NCBI GenBank assembly: GCA_964464605.1
Contig: CAYXJN010000009.1
Span: forward strand, 126,001-184,463
Source of the DNA: an uncultured Ignavibacteriales bacterium
Lineage (GTDB): Bacteria > Zixibacteria > MSB-5A5 > GN15 > FEB-12
Direction of reading: 5' to 3'
Length of the DNA stretch: 58,463 nt
Shown here: positions 38,765-47,569 of the stretch, in pieces
Layout of the letters: each line of letters begins with the position of its first letter
Position numbering within the stretch: the first letter of the stretch is position 1
Program-made: the position numbers and the translations under genes
The notes under the pieces: model-generated
Told to the model about the DNA's origin: nothing
Seen by the model: only the letters and a program-made list of their open reading frames with translations
Database searches by the model: none

Positions 38765-39653
38765 TCAGAAGAACGAAATGGAAAAGCACCACGTTTTTGA
38801 GTTGATAGAGAAGATTGCCCCTCTAAACAACAAGTACAGAGATTTAATCAAAAATGGGGAGCGAGGCGTTGAGGTACTAAAGATAATGTGGGATACAGGT
38901 GAGATAATTATAGAATTTCTTCAAGTTCACGATGTTAAGCCTCATAATCTCTACTGGAAAATTTATGGAAAAGCTGAAGGCATTAAAGTCAGCTATATAA
39001 CACGTGACTTTTTAAGCTATTGTGTGCGGATCCGAAGTTATTTTAGCAGCAAGAATGAAATCGTAGAAACATTTCCAAGACTGAGAAGGTATTCCCTTTT
39101 TCGAGAAGCTTTTCCGTTGTTAGAAAATAGTAAATATAAAGTGACTGCTGTAGAAAAGGCAGAGCTTACTAAAATTCTGAACTCCTCAGGTGATCCCAGT
39201 GCCATTAAGAAGACTATCCAAGACATCAAATCAAAGCGAATCGGAATTAAAAACCCTCGTACCCAAAAGCTTGATGAAATGAAGCCTTTGGCCAACGATT
39301 TCCTTACCTTTTATACTGAGTTGACTCAGATTCTAAAATTGAACGATGTAGTTGCGATTTCTAAAATTAGGGCCGCTTGTTCACCAGAACTTTTCAATAC
39401 TATATCACAAGCAACGTCAGCCTTAACACAAGAAAATCTTTTTGTGCCAGAACTTCCTCATAGCACCAAACTTCCAGATAGCTGGATAGTTTTGTTAACT
39501 AATTTAAAGTTTCTTTCTTCATCTCAAATTGAGGTTCGGAACCGTTTCAGGAGACTCATGCCGCCCAAAAAATTGTTCGACCTAGCCGATATGATCGATG
39601 CTTTGAAATCTGACAACGGTATAATTAATTACAGAAAGCGAAAAGGAATTTGA
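38748..39653 (+). CDS. Basic hypothetical protein, N-terminal part resembles DUF1016/YhcG N-terminal domain
   Basis: IMWDTGEII...ITRDFLSYCVRIRSYF...RRYSLFRE; overlaps or abuts the ATPase gene; start could be 38742, 38748 or 38778. Confidence 0.6.
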   Translation: MPRTVSQKNEMEKHHVFELIEKIAPLNNKYRDLIKNGERGVEVLKIMWDTGEIIIEFLQVHDVKPHNLYWKIYGKAEGIKVSYITRDFLSYCVRIRSYFSSKNEIVETFPRLRRYSLFREAFPLLENSKYKVTAVEKAELTKILNSSGDPSAIKKTIQDIKSKRIGIKNPRTQKLDEMKPLANDFLTFYTELTQILKLNDVVAISKIRAACSPELFNTISQATSALTQENLFVPELPHSTKLPDSWIVLLTNLKFLSSSQIEVRNRFRRLMPPKKLFDLADMIDALKSDNGIINYRKRKGI

Positions 39654-39681
39654 ACCCCAAACGGGATTCACTTGTTCTGTA

Positions 39682-40059
39682 CTATTTCCTGCTTTTTACA
39701 ACCCCATCTTTAATCGCGATATGGTAATGTTCCTGGTCGGTGCCGGTGAGTTCAGGGTGCAAATAGATTTGCAGGGACTTATCATGAATCGCCAATGCCT
39801 GCGAAAGTAGTTTCATTCCCTCTTTCCACTTCTGTGGTTTGTCTTTCGTGCGAATATCCGCCGCCTGCAAAATGCTATGATTCGAATCTGTATCATCCGG
39901 TCGGTAATACGACGTAATCGTTATCTCCCCGCAGCCGGTTAATCGCGTGTACTGATCAATCCAGTTCAATAACTCTTTCAAACGGACATTCGCCACCAAA
40001 TTGCACGCCGCCGGCTGCGTGCAATAATCCCGTTCATCCTGCGCATGTTTAAACTGCAT
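39682..40059 (-). CDS. Peptidase M15A/M15_3 family zinc peptidase (endolysin-like)
   Basis: ITSYYR..SNH..QAADI..EHYHIA = SxHx6D + HxH zinc ligands; ATG 40059 directly after the upstream stop (ORF track starts 40173). Confidence 0.75.
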   Translation of the reverse strand: MQFKHAQDERDYCTQPAACNLVANVRLKELLNWIDQYTRLTGCGEITITSYYRPDDTDSNHSILQAADIRTKDKPQKWKEGMKLLSQALAIHDKSLQIYLHPELTGTDQEHYHIAIKDGVVKSRK

Positions 40060-40061
40060 GC

Positions 40062-41006
40062 TCACCATTCCACTTGATAGGTTGGCGCATCGGGGATCGT
40101 CACGCTCTTCTCTTTCGTTCTCGATCCTTTGTACGTCACGACCACGCGGTAATCCGTCGTATCTCCCAAACAACTTGAGAACACCAAATCCTGAATGAAC
40201 AATCCGAAACTATCGGTCTTGGCCGTCACGCTGAAACGTCCGGTAATCGTGCTGTCGCAGTAGTTGTTTACTGCATCGATTAGTGAAAACGTAACTTCAG
40301 CTTTATTCAGTGGATGTCCGGTCACATCGTATACATATCCGTACACCCGCGACGTATGCGGAGAGGCATCACTGATTATAAAGTCATATCCGGTTAACGA
40401 CATACTGTCGATATCACTCAGAACACTGAATGTGTCGGACGGAAAACTATACCCGATTTTGCTGCTGTACATTGAGTATCGATTCTCCCCGCTCGCCGTA
40501 TCTAAGTGAAACACCGCGTACCCGTTTGTTCCGGTATACTGCACCGCTATTACTGAACCAAACTTGTTGCGGATCGTGACCTTCGCGTTTGCCACTGCAA
40601 CATCGGTGCCGCTGGTATCGATAACATAGATGACTACCGTATCGGAACCGTCACCTGAAGGAACAGTACGCGGCTGGAAATACTCCCACACCCAGCTCGC
40701 TGCAGAATCTTCCCCGCTGTAAAAAATCCGGTATTCGACCGTATACAGCGTATCCCGAAACACGGTGTAAGTAGTGTCATACGATTGCTGAGTCGTTCGC
40801 TTTTTACTATTGTACAACACGCCGTTTTTGTAGAGATTCATAATCGTCGAATCCGTCGGCGTCAGCCATCGCGCCGGTACTTTCCAATCGGACGCGAACA
40901 ACTGCATACTGATCCCCAAAATCAAAAAGAGACTGCCGACAATTGCGGCAACGACAAACGACAACCGATCCGGCTGTACGTGTTTCCCCCGCCCCCTCTG
41001 CTTCAT
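40062..41006 (-). CDS. Exported beta-sandwich protein with carboxypeptidase-regulatory-like / tail-fibre N-terminal-like domains
   Basis: Hydrophobic N-terminal segment; VANAKVTI..YTGTNGYAVF; VYGYVYDVTGHPL..AKTDSFGLF. Confidence 0.6.
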   Translation of the reverse strand: MKQRGRGKHVQPDRLSFVVAAIVGSLFLILGISMQLFASDWKVPARWLTPTDSTIMNLYKNGVLYNSKKRTTQQSYDTTYTVFRDTLYTVEYRIFYSGEDSAASWVWEYFQPRTVPSGDGSDTVVIYVIDTSGTDVAVANAKVTIRNKFGSVIAVQYTGTNGYAVFHLDTASGENRYSMYSSKIGYSFPSDTFSVLSDIDSMSLTGYDFIISDASPHTSRVYGYVYDVTGHPLNKAEVTFSLIDAVNNYCDSTITGRFSVTAKTDSFGLFIQDLVFSSCLGDTTDYRVVVTYKGSRTKEKSVTIPDAPTYQVEW

Positions 41007-42979
41007 AGTTTCACCTTTCCTAATTTCCCTTTTCCAATTCGTTTTGTCCGAAACTCCGGCTCACCGACAAGTGTGCTGCTTAATGTCAACGTATCGGTGA
41101 ATATGTTCGATGTAACCGTGAGCGATGTCGTATCCGCATCCTCTTCGTATTCTGCGATAAACGTAAACGGGTTGTATCCGGTCGAGTCGACTGAAGTATG
41201 ATTATTTTCTTCATACCAATAGGTCACGATCGGATCAACTTTCCCCTCAGCCGATGTCACCCCCGAATACACCGTGTCACCATAGCTATTGATAACTTTG
41301 ACCGATGCTCCCGCGACCGGATCACCTGTACCATCCTGAACGAGTAAATCAAGTGTCCGTTTAACCGCAAACTCCGCCGCCGAACTGATTCCACCAAACA
41401 CGATATTAGTATCCTTCGCCTGATTGACATACCCGCCCGGATTCAGCCAGACACCATCGGTAATCGAATTGTTCAACGTATTGTCATTATCATAGCCGAG
41501 ATAGAACGTACGAAAATTGGAAATCTTTACCAATGTGTCGATAGTTGTGTCAATCGGAATAAAAGTGTCACCGACAAGCGCAAAATTGTTTCCTCCGATG
41601 CCATTGTCCTCATCGTTGAACCGAATTAGGGTCTGGCACCCTTCCCATCGATTGTTACGAATCGTGAGCGAATGATTAGTCAATGCTCCTGCGCCGAAAA
41701 ACGTACACCATGCCGTTGCACCGCTTGTACTCAGGCTTCTTGCTTTGATCGTGTTGTTTTCGAACATGATATTGGCGCTGTCATCTGCGCCGTGCGTGTA
41801 ATCCCACACGAATGCGCTGGTGCCGATAGCGGTTGTGCCCGATTCATTATCCGCCGTCCCGATAAACGTATTATTTCGGATTTTTACATAGGAAAACTGA
41901 TCGGACCCGGACTCCCTATTGCGATACCGGAAAACGCGAACCGTTCCGTCATTATCTTCACCCGTCGGTCCTTCATGCGCATCGACATAATTCCTTTCAA
42001 TAATGATTGAATCGCTTGAGCGTGAATTGTTGGTGGTCGATTCGAGCATTATTCCCCGGCTGCCATATTTGGTGTTGCCCGAAGTTACCGTGCAATTCTG
42101 AATAAGTGAACCGTTACCCGGGAAACGCATCAGAATACCGTACGCATTTGCCGATGAATGCCCGATATCGCAACTACCGCTTACGAAGCACGCAAGCGAA
42201 TCCCAATACCGGTTGCGGGCATCGACCGTGATATCGCAATCAACAATTTGAAATGCTCCGGTTTTAGTCTGAATGCCGATATGTCCTTCAGCAATAACCG
42301 TCACCCCTTCCATGCGAACGGTGTAGTTGCCTGATTGCGAAGTAAAATTATCAGTGTTGCAAACTGCGCTCTGGTAATTTTGACGATCTGAATACGATTC
42401 AGAATAATTATGGTAGACTCCCCCTCGGTGCAGGATATTATACCCGGTGCTGATTCCTTCTCCAACTGCTCCCCATTCGACACAACTTGAGTTGTGGCCG
42501 TCGACACTCAGATTGACCGAATCGATCGTGACATCATGCCCGTCAATCAGCCAGATACAATGTCTGCGTGACGGTGAACTTGCCCCCGGACTATTCAATC
42601 CATGACCGATTTGAATAGGAGAGCGAATCCCCCCTCCTTTAATGACAATATCAGACGGCCGTGACCCGCCCACTGTGTCGATCAAAATCCCGCACTCGTT
42701 ACTACTGCCGGATGAACTGGAGTCAGTATCAAACACGAGCGTGTCGTTGTCGAGCAGAACACGGACTCCTGTTACACCGCCAACTATGCGAATTATTCTT
42801 CCTGCTTGGGAAAAGACCGTTACCGTTTCCGGGCTATCATCCACCACAATCGTGTCATTCGATGATGCCGTATACGGGAAACTCACTACGTCGACTGTCA
42901 ACACAACTTTGGCTGCAAAGCACGGACAACTAAAAGCTGCCATCCACACCAGAGATAAAAAGGTCGACGACCTTCTCAT
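41003..42979 (-). CDS. Secreted right-handed parallel beta-helix protein
   Basis: Signal peptide; repeats LIQNCTV, IIERNYV, IRNNTF, FENNTI, IRNNRW; C-terminal Ig-like GDPVAGASVKV..TSAEG. Confidence 0.7.
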   Translation of the reverse strand: MRRSSTFLSLVWMAAFSCPCFAAKVVLTVDVVSFPYTASSNDTIVVDDSPETVTVFSQAGRIIRIVGGVTGVRVLLDNDTLVFDTDSSSSGSSNECGILIDTVGGSRPSDIVIKGGGIRSPIQIGHGLNSPGASSPSRRHCIWLIDGHDVTIDSVNLSVDGHNSSCVEWGAVGEGISTGYNILHRGGVYHNYSESYSDRQNYQSAVCNTDNFTSQSGNYTVRMEGVTVIAEGHIGIQTKTGAFQIVDCDITVDARNRYWDSLACFVSGSCDIGHSSANAYGILMRFPGNGSLIQNCTVTSGNTKYGSRGIMLESTTNNSRSSDSIIIERNYVDAHEGPTGEDNDGTVRVFRYRNRESGSDQFSYVKIRNNTFIGTADNESGTTAIGTSAFVWDYTHGADDSANIMFENNTIKARSLSTSGATAWCTFFGAGALTNHSLTIRNNRWEGCQTLIRFNDEDNGIGGNNFALVGDTFIPIDTTIDTLVKISNFRTFYLGYDNDNTLNNSITDGVWLNPGGYVNQAKDTNIVFGGISSAAEFAVKRTLDLLVQDGTGDPVAGASVKVINSYGDTVYSGVTSAEGKVDPIVTYWYEENNHTSVDSTGYNPFTFIAEYEEDADTTSLTVTSNIFTDTLTLSSTLVGEPEFRTKRIGKGKLGKVKL

Positions 42980-43743
42980 GGATTCCTCCGGGCAACTTGT
43001 CCGGAACGCAAGCGCGCCCGTGTAATTCCACTCGAAAGCCGTTTACGCGGCTCTTCCAACTGAGTGTCGTGATAGTAAACAACAAACGTGGGGCGATTCG
43101 AAGAGGTTGTCGCTTCTGTTGAATGAAAGTCGAACAGGTTACTCGACGATGCCTTCAACACAACTCCCCCAAAATTGCTTCCCGTGTACCACCCGCGCAC
43201 CATTGCCGTATCGAGTCGCCAGCGTTTGGTAACACCGGCATCGGTCGTCGCCACGCTTACGCTATCCATCTGCGTACCGCTACGATCGGTAGTGGTATTC
43301 TGACAGCCGTTTGTTCCCCAGGCGCGAGCAGTAGTTATCTCTATATCATAATCGTACTGATTCCAATTCGCCATCTCCAACCCGGTCGCATCGCCGCCAT
43401 TGAGCGTCCCTTCCTTCCAGTCACGAAGGCATTTGAAAATATGAACAATACGTGAAGTTGTCGTCGGCGCATTCCCAACCACCATGTTCAAAAAAGCGGA
43501 GTCGATAACTTTGTTGCTGCCAATAAGTGATGCAAGATGTCCATTCGTAATTCGAATAAGCACCCCACGTACTGTGTAAGAGTTAACCTGCAGAACATTC
43601 GTTGCGCCGTAGTTATTCACCGCCGTTCCAGATGAGGCTATATACGTATCTTCAATATCCGTATACGTCACTACCGTGCTGTCACTCTGTGCGATTACCG
43701 GCAAAAACCATAAGAGAAATAGTACTGATACTAATTTCATCAT
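42976..43743 (-). CDS. Secreted DNRLRE/TGF-beta-propeptide-like domain protein
   Basis: Signal peptide from ATG 43743 (GGAGG RBS, TAATG overlap); EDTYI..NYGA..IDSAFL..DWKEG..NW..MVRGW..NFGGVVL..FHSTE..NRPTFVVYY. Confidence 0.75.
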   Translation of the reverse strand: MMKLVSVLFLLWFLPVIAQSDSTVVTYTDIEDTYIASSGTAVNNYGATNVLQVNSYTVRGVLIRITNGHLASLIGSNKVIDSAFLNMVVGNAPTTTSRIVHIFKCLRDWKEGTLNGGDATGLEMANWNQYDYDIEITTARAWGTNGCQNTTTDRSGTQMDSVSVATTDAGVTKRWRLDTAMVRGWYTGSNFGGVVLKASSSNLFDFHSTEATTSSNRPTFVVYYHDTQLEEPRKRLSSGITRARLRSGQVARRNP

Positions 43744-46700
43744 TACCTCCGTCTCCCGATCACTGATGCAGAATGAAACAGGAGAACAGAATTGGCCGAT
43801 GTCGCTGCAGCAACGCGCAGCCTGAACCAGATTCGCAGCCATCTTCCCCGGAACAGACTGCTTCCCGATGCCGCAGTCACCGCTAATTTCGCCTCTGACA
43901 ATGTTGTCGCGGATCTGGTAGTACTATCCTGATACACGACATGCGGTTCTCTTCCAAGTGTGGCGCTGCTTAGTGTGTCGCCATATAGCCGGATCGAATC
44001 GAGCACTAACTGCGTTGATTTCATCCAATAGATAAAGCGAACCGAATCGGCGAGAAAGCTATATGGAACTTGTCCAACAACTTCGAACCGCAACGTATCT
44101 CCAGAACCAACAGAACTGGAGCAGGCAAAGAGAAACATCGTGTCGTTCGGCCCCGATCCGTTGCCGCGACGAAGATACTCGGTTATTGTCCATGATGATT
44201 CCGCAGCCGACGCGACCGCCGGAGTCAAAAGCAAATTGAGCGGAATCTCTTCCCGCTGCCAATTGATATCACCGATGGCAATGCCCAAATCCTTGATATC
44301 TGTCGAATCAATAGTGGATGCGGCGATTTCATTGGTCGAAACGGAATTATTGGCAAGATCGGTTGAATCAAGTGTATTTGCCGCTACTTGTGTACTTGTG
44401 ACACCACTCGATTTGATTTGTAATTGTCCCGACGCCGATGTATCAAAAAAGCTGGTTGCGTAATCGACATGGAAAGTCACGGTATCTCCGTCGACATCGA
44501 CATTGATCGCCGCTCCCTTTTGCAGAACAAGGCTATCCCGTTCAACCGTGACTCCGGTTCCGTTGCCGACAGTATCAACTTTCAGAAAATCATCAACCCC
44601 GGTCGGCGGAGTTACCCACCCCGCTGAATCGACAGCACCGGCTACATCGACAAAGCTTAATAGTGCTCCTGCGGTCGGCTTTGAGCGTGGGAAATAAAAA
44701 AGATGGCCGCCTGCAGTATCGACAATCAGCTTCTTTGCCGCTAATGAATCCGCTTCGGTCAGCCCGGATTCTCCGAATTGCAAAACGGCATTGTCATGCG
44801 AAGAGAACTTGGTCGTATCCCCATTTTCAGATATCGACAGAATCGTATCACCGGTAGTTCCGGTTTTGATATGCACAACATCGCTGATAGCAACAAGCTC
44901 ACCTGTACCGATCGCTGATGCATCAATTTTTGGCGTGATAATAGAACGCAAACCGTCGATAACTCCGGAATCTGCTTGCGCGATTAACGAATCGCCGCTA
45001 ATCAGCCATTGTGGGGCATTTTCATCCCAAAAATGAATTTTCCCTGTTGACCCTGTTTGTAATTTGATATTACCGCCGCTGCCGTTCGCGAAAATTCGTG
45101 TCGTATCACCGCTTGTTCGCGCCATTACCGTCGGCGTAAATAGCATCGATTTTGCTGAAACCGTATCGAACACATATCCATAATTGGTCGTATCGATATG
45201 CTGCTTTGCGAGCCCGGTTGATTTAAGATATATCCGTGCTGAATCGGTCGAGCCAATACGGTTGATCCCGATTCCGGAATCACCGCTCAACACCGGGTTA
45301 CCGACATCCCACAATCCACCGGATGCTAACGTGGTATCGACCTGCATATTGTCACCCGATCCACCTGCGCCGACCGAATCATTCCCCCATACCACATTGC
45401 CACCCGTCCCCAATTTCAAAATCTGACCGCCCGTACCGCGCGTGGACGGTAATCGGTATTCGGTCGCGGTATCATGACCAATCAATACCTGTCCGTCATG
45501 ACGAATCACCATCGCCCGTTTCAGCGTGCTGTCGGTTTGGGTCATACGAATGAGAAAGCTCATCCCTCCTTGCGTCGAGTCTGCGGAGGTATACAAGTAC
45601 GGATGAATCGCCGCATAGTATCGATCAACCGATCCGGCTGTGTTACCGAAATAGACCCCTGATCCACGCGCTGCTACCGCGCTGTTCGAAACTAATTTGA
45701 GGAACCCAGAACTTAGCCCATCCTGTGGTTGCACGGAATCTGCCGCTAATGACCCGGACTGTCCTGTCCCTTTGACAGTAACTCCGGCAATTGCATTGTT
45801 CGGTGAAACTAAGGGGCCAACCGCATTGGTAATATTCTCCGGCGCGGTACCGCTGTTATCAGCGGTGTTTCCGGAATACTGCGCGTTGAGAAAAATGAAT
45901 GTGTCGTTTGTGCCGCCGGTTGCAAACCCGATTCGATTTGAATCCAGCTCCATAAAATTGATTCGAATATTCTTCCCGTTCACTAACCGCACTCCCTGCG
46001 CGAAACGGGTAACTTTCAGTGAATTAACAAAAATATCCCGCGACGTTTCAATATCGAATCCGTATTTGGCGCCGACTGTATCAGCAGAACGGACGGTTAC
46101 ATCTCCGAATTTCGTCCCCCCCAAGCAACCGGAAAGCAAAATTCCTTTGTTCGTGACGGTATCAACATCGATGAATACCCGGTCAAACGAAGAACCGGAA
46201 TCCGCCTCAATCCACAGCGCTGCTAAACCGCTCGTAGTCGTCCGCGCGCCGCTAATATACAATTCACCTATATGCGCACGTTTGCTTGCATATAAATGAA
46301 TGCCATTCAGCCCGTTGTAACTGCGTATATAAGCACGATCAATAGTAACCGTATTTGTAAACGCCATGCGAATACCGGAACTGTCATTGTTTACGTCAAT
46401 GTTAACCGATCCGATATGCACATTGGTCGGTTCATATGCCGCACCGCTGGTATCACCCCGGTCAATGCCTAACGCATCAATAGAAGAATCATTCGCCCAA
46501 ATATGTATGTCACCGATCGTAATATCCCGCGATCCCTGGTAAATATGCACCCCGCGCGTCCCATGCGACACCTGCGTACGATAATTCGACGAGGTATCGG
46601 CAATCGTCACTCCTTCAATCGAAACATTCTGACAGAAATATGTCCCTAACCGCTCAGTGACAATCGGGCGACCGATAACGGTAACATTCCTGACGATGTC

Positions 46701-47048
46701 ATTTGAGCCGTTGCCTGCCGCAACGTGGAACACGCCGTCGATAACGGCAGAATCGGCAAATATAAATGTCCGGTTGGAATGACTGTTTGTTATCGAACTC
46801 GGTACCCGGTAGACACCTTTCGGGAAATAGATAACGTTATACGGCGATGCCATCAGCGAGTTGATACCGGTCTGATCGGAAATCGTATCGCCCGCGTTGA
46901 TACCCGGCCAGTAGCGGGCGTTGATCCAATGATAATTTTTCATGTGTCCGGCCACTGAAACCGGCGCACTGCCGGATGCCGACAGATTCGGATGCGTAAA
47001 AACTGCTGCGGCTAAGAGAACCGCAACGATAAACAAGCGATGCAGCAT
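43743..47048 (-). CDS. Large secreted tailspike/tail-fibre-like protein (pectate-lyase-like beta-helix plus fibre motifs)
   Basis: Signal peptide; GDTISDQTGI..VIYFPKGVYRV; YRLPSTRGTGGQILKLGTGGNVVW; repeats VTSTQVAANTLDSTDLANNSVSTNEIAASTIDSTDI; RBS GAGGGAG. Confidence 0.7.
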   Translation of the reverse strand: MLHRLFIVAVLLAAAVFTHPNLSASGSAPVSVAGHMKNYHWINARYWPGINAGDTISDQTGINSLMASPYNVIYFPKGVYRVPSSITNSHSNRTFIFADSAVIDGVFHVAAGNGSNDIVRNVTVIGRPIVTERLGTYFCQNVSIEGVTIADTSSNYRTQVSHGTRGVHIYQGSRDITIGDIHIWANDSSIDALGIDRGDTSGAAYEPTNVHIGSVNIDVNNDSSGIRMAFTNTVTIDRAYIRSYNGLNGIHLYASKRAHIGELYISGARTTTSGLAALWIEADSGSSFDRVFIDVDTVTNKGILLSGCLGGTKFGDVTVRSADTVGAKYGFDIETSRDIFVNSLKVTRFAQGVRLVNGKNIRINFMELDSNRIGFATGGTNDTFIFLNAQYSGNTADNSGTAPENITNAVGPLVSPNNAIAGVTVKGTGQSGSLAADSVQPQDGLSSGFLKLVSNSAVAARGSGVYFGNTAGSVDRYYAAIHPYLYTSADSTQGGMSFLIRMTQTDSTLKRAMVIRHDGQVLIGHDTATEYRLPSTRGTGGQILKLGTGGNVVWGNDSVGAGGSGDNMQVDTTLASGGLWDVGNPVLSGDSGIGINRIGSTDSARIYLKSTGLAKQHIDTTNYGYVFDTVSAKSMLFTPTVMARTSGDTTRIFANGSGGNIKLQTGSTGKIHFWDENAPQWLISGDSLIAQADSGVIDGLRSIITPKIDASAIGTGELVAISDVVHIKTGTTGDTILSISENGDTTKFSSHDNAVLQFGESGLTEADSLAAKKLIVDTAGGHLFYFPRSKPTAGALLSFVDVAGAVDSAGWVTPPTGVDDFLKVDTVGNGTGVTVERDSLVLQKGAAINVDVDGDTVTFHVDYATSFFDTSASGQLQIKSSGVTSTQVAANTLDSTDLANNSVSTNEIAASTIDSTDIKDLGIAIGDINWQREEIPLNLLLTPAVASAAESSWTITEYLRRGNGSGPNDTMFLFACSSSVGSGDTLRFEVVGQVPYSFLADSVRFIYWMKSTQLVLDSIRLYGDTLSSATLGREPHVVYQDSTTRSATTLSEAKLAVTAASGSSLFRGRWLRIWFRLRVAAATSANSVLLFHSASVIGRRR

Positions 47049-47335
47049 ATCTCCCTCATCTCCGGCGGCATCAGGTGCGAAAAATGCCCTCCGGTTTTTA
47101 GAAGAGCGCTACATTCCAAAGCTGCATGCTGACTGTAGAGAAATTGAGAAAATCGATAAGAAATAAAAAACCCGTCGGGTTTCTGCCCTTTCCGACGGGT
47201 TCATTTGATGAAGAGCTATCCGGCTACATCCGCAACCGAAAGCCCGAGTGAGTGTCAGTGTTACCTGACATCCCTCCCTTAGCCCCCAATGTTGGCGATG
47301 TACCCACCCTCGATCCGCAATACATGCGCCGCAAT
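47049..47335 (-). promoter_or_regulatory. Structured 5' leader / attenuator-like element of the island operon
   Basis: Long hairpin 47222-47304, internal terminator 47165-47201, degenerate direct repeat 47085-47117 vs 47184-47231. Confidence 0.4.
47165..47201 (-). terminator. Intrinsic terminator upstream of the 1101-aa gene
   Basis: Minus strand AACCCGTCGG-13nt-CCGACGGGTT followed by TTTTATTT. Confidence 0.65.
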
Positions 47336-47511
47336 AGTATCTACAAATTTTGTGCCGTTTTCTGATCGCTTCAGTCAGAAACTGACCGCTATAATCGATT
47401 GACTGTCAATACATTACAAACATACTGGAGCGGCCGTTTTTGGGCTGTTTCATTTGTTGTTTCGATAACGAACGGTTGCTGTTTCACGCCGTTTCTCTTT
47501 GAATTAGAGGT

Positions 47512-47547
47512 AAAAAAAAACGAGCAGGTTTTTTACGCCTGCTCGTT
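47512..47547 (-). terminator. rpsA intrinsic terminator
   Basis: AACGAGCAGG/CCTGCTCGTT stem with T9 tail on minus strand. Confidence 0.85.
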
Positions 47548-47569
47548 GTTATCAGCGAATGAAAGAAGC

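Larger units (their letters stand above)
37043..47410. mobile_element. Putative genomic island / prophage-derived remnant downstream of tRNA-Leu (boundaries approximate)
   Basis: Starts at tRNA 3' end; AT-rich 37043-39660; phage tail-fibre-like and M15A genes; core genes resume at rpsA; no integrase or att repeat seen. Confidence 0.5.

Noticed and set aside
37020..47500. attL/attR duplication of the tRNA-Leu 3' end and an intact prophage
   Set aside because: No second copy of GAGTCCCGCCTTCCGCA seen by eye; no integrase, capsid, portal or terminase.
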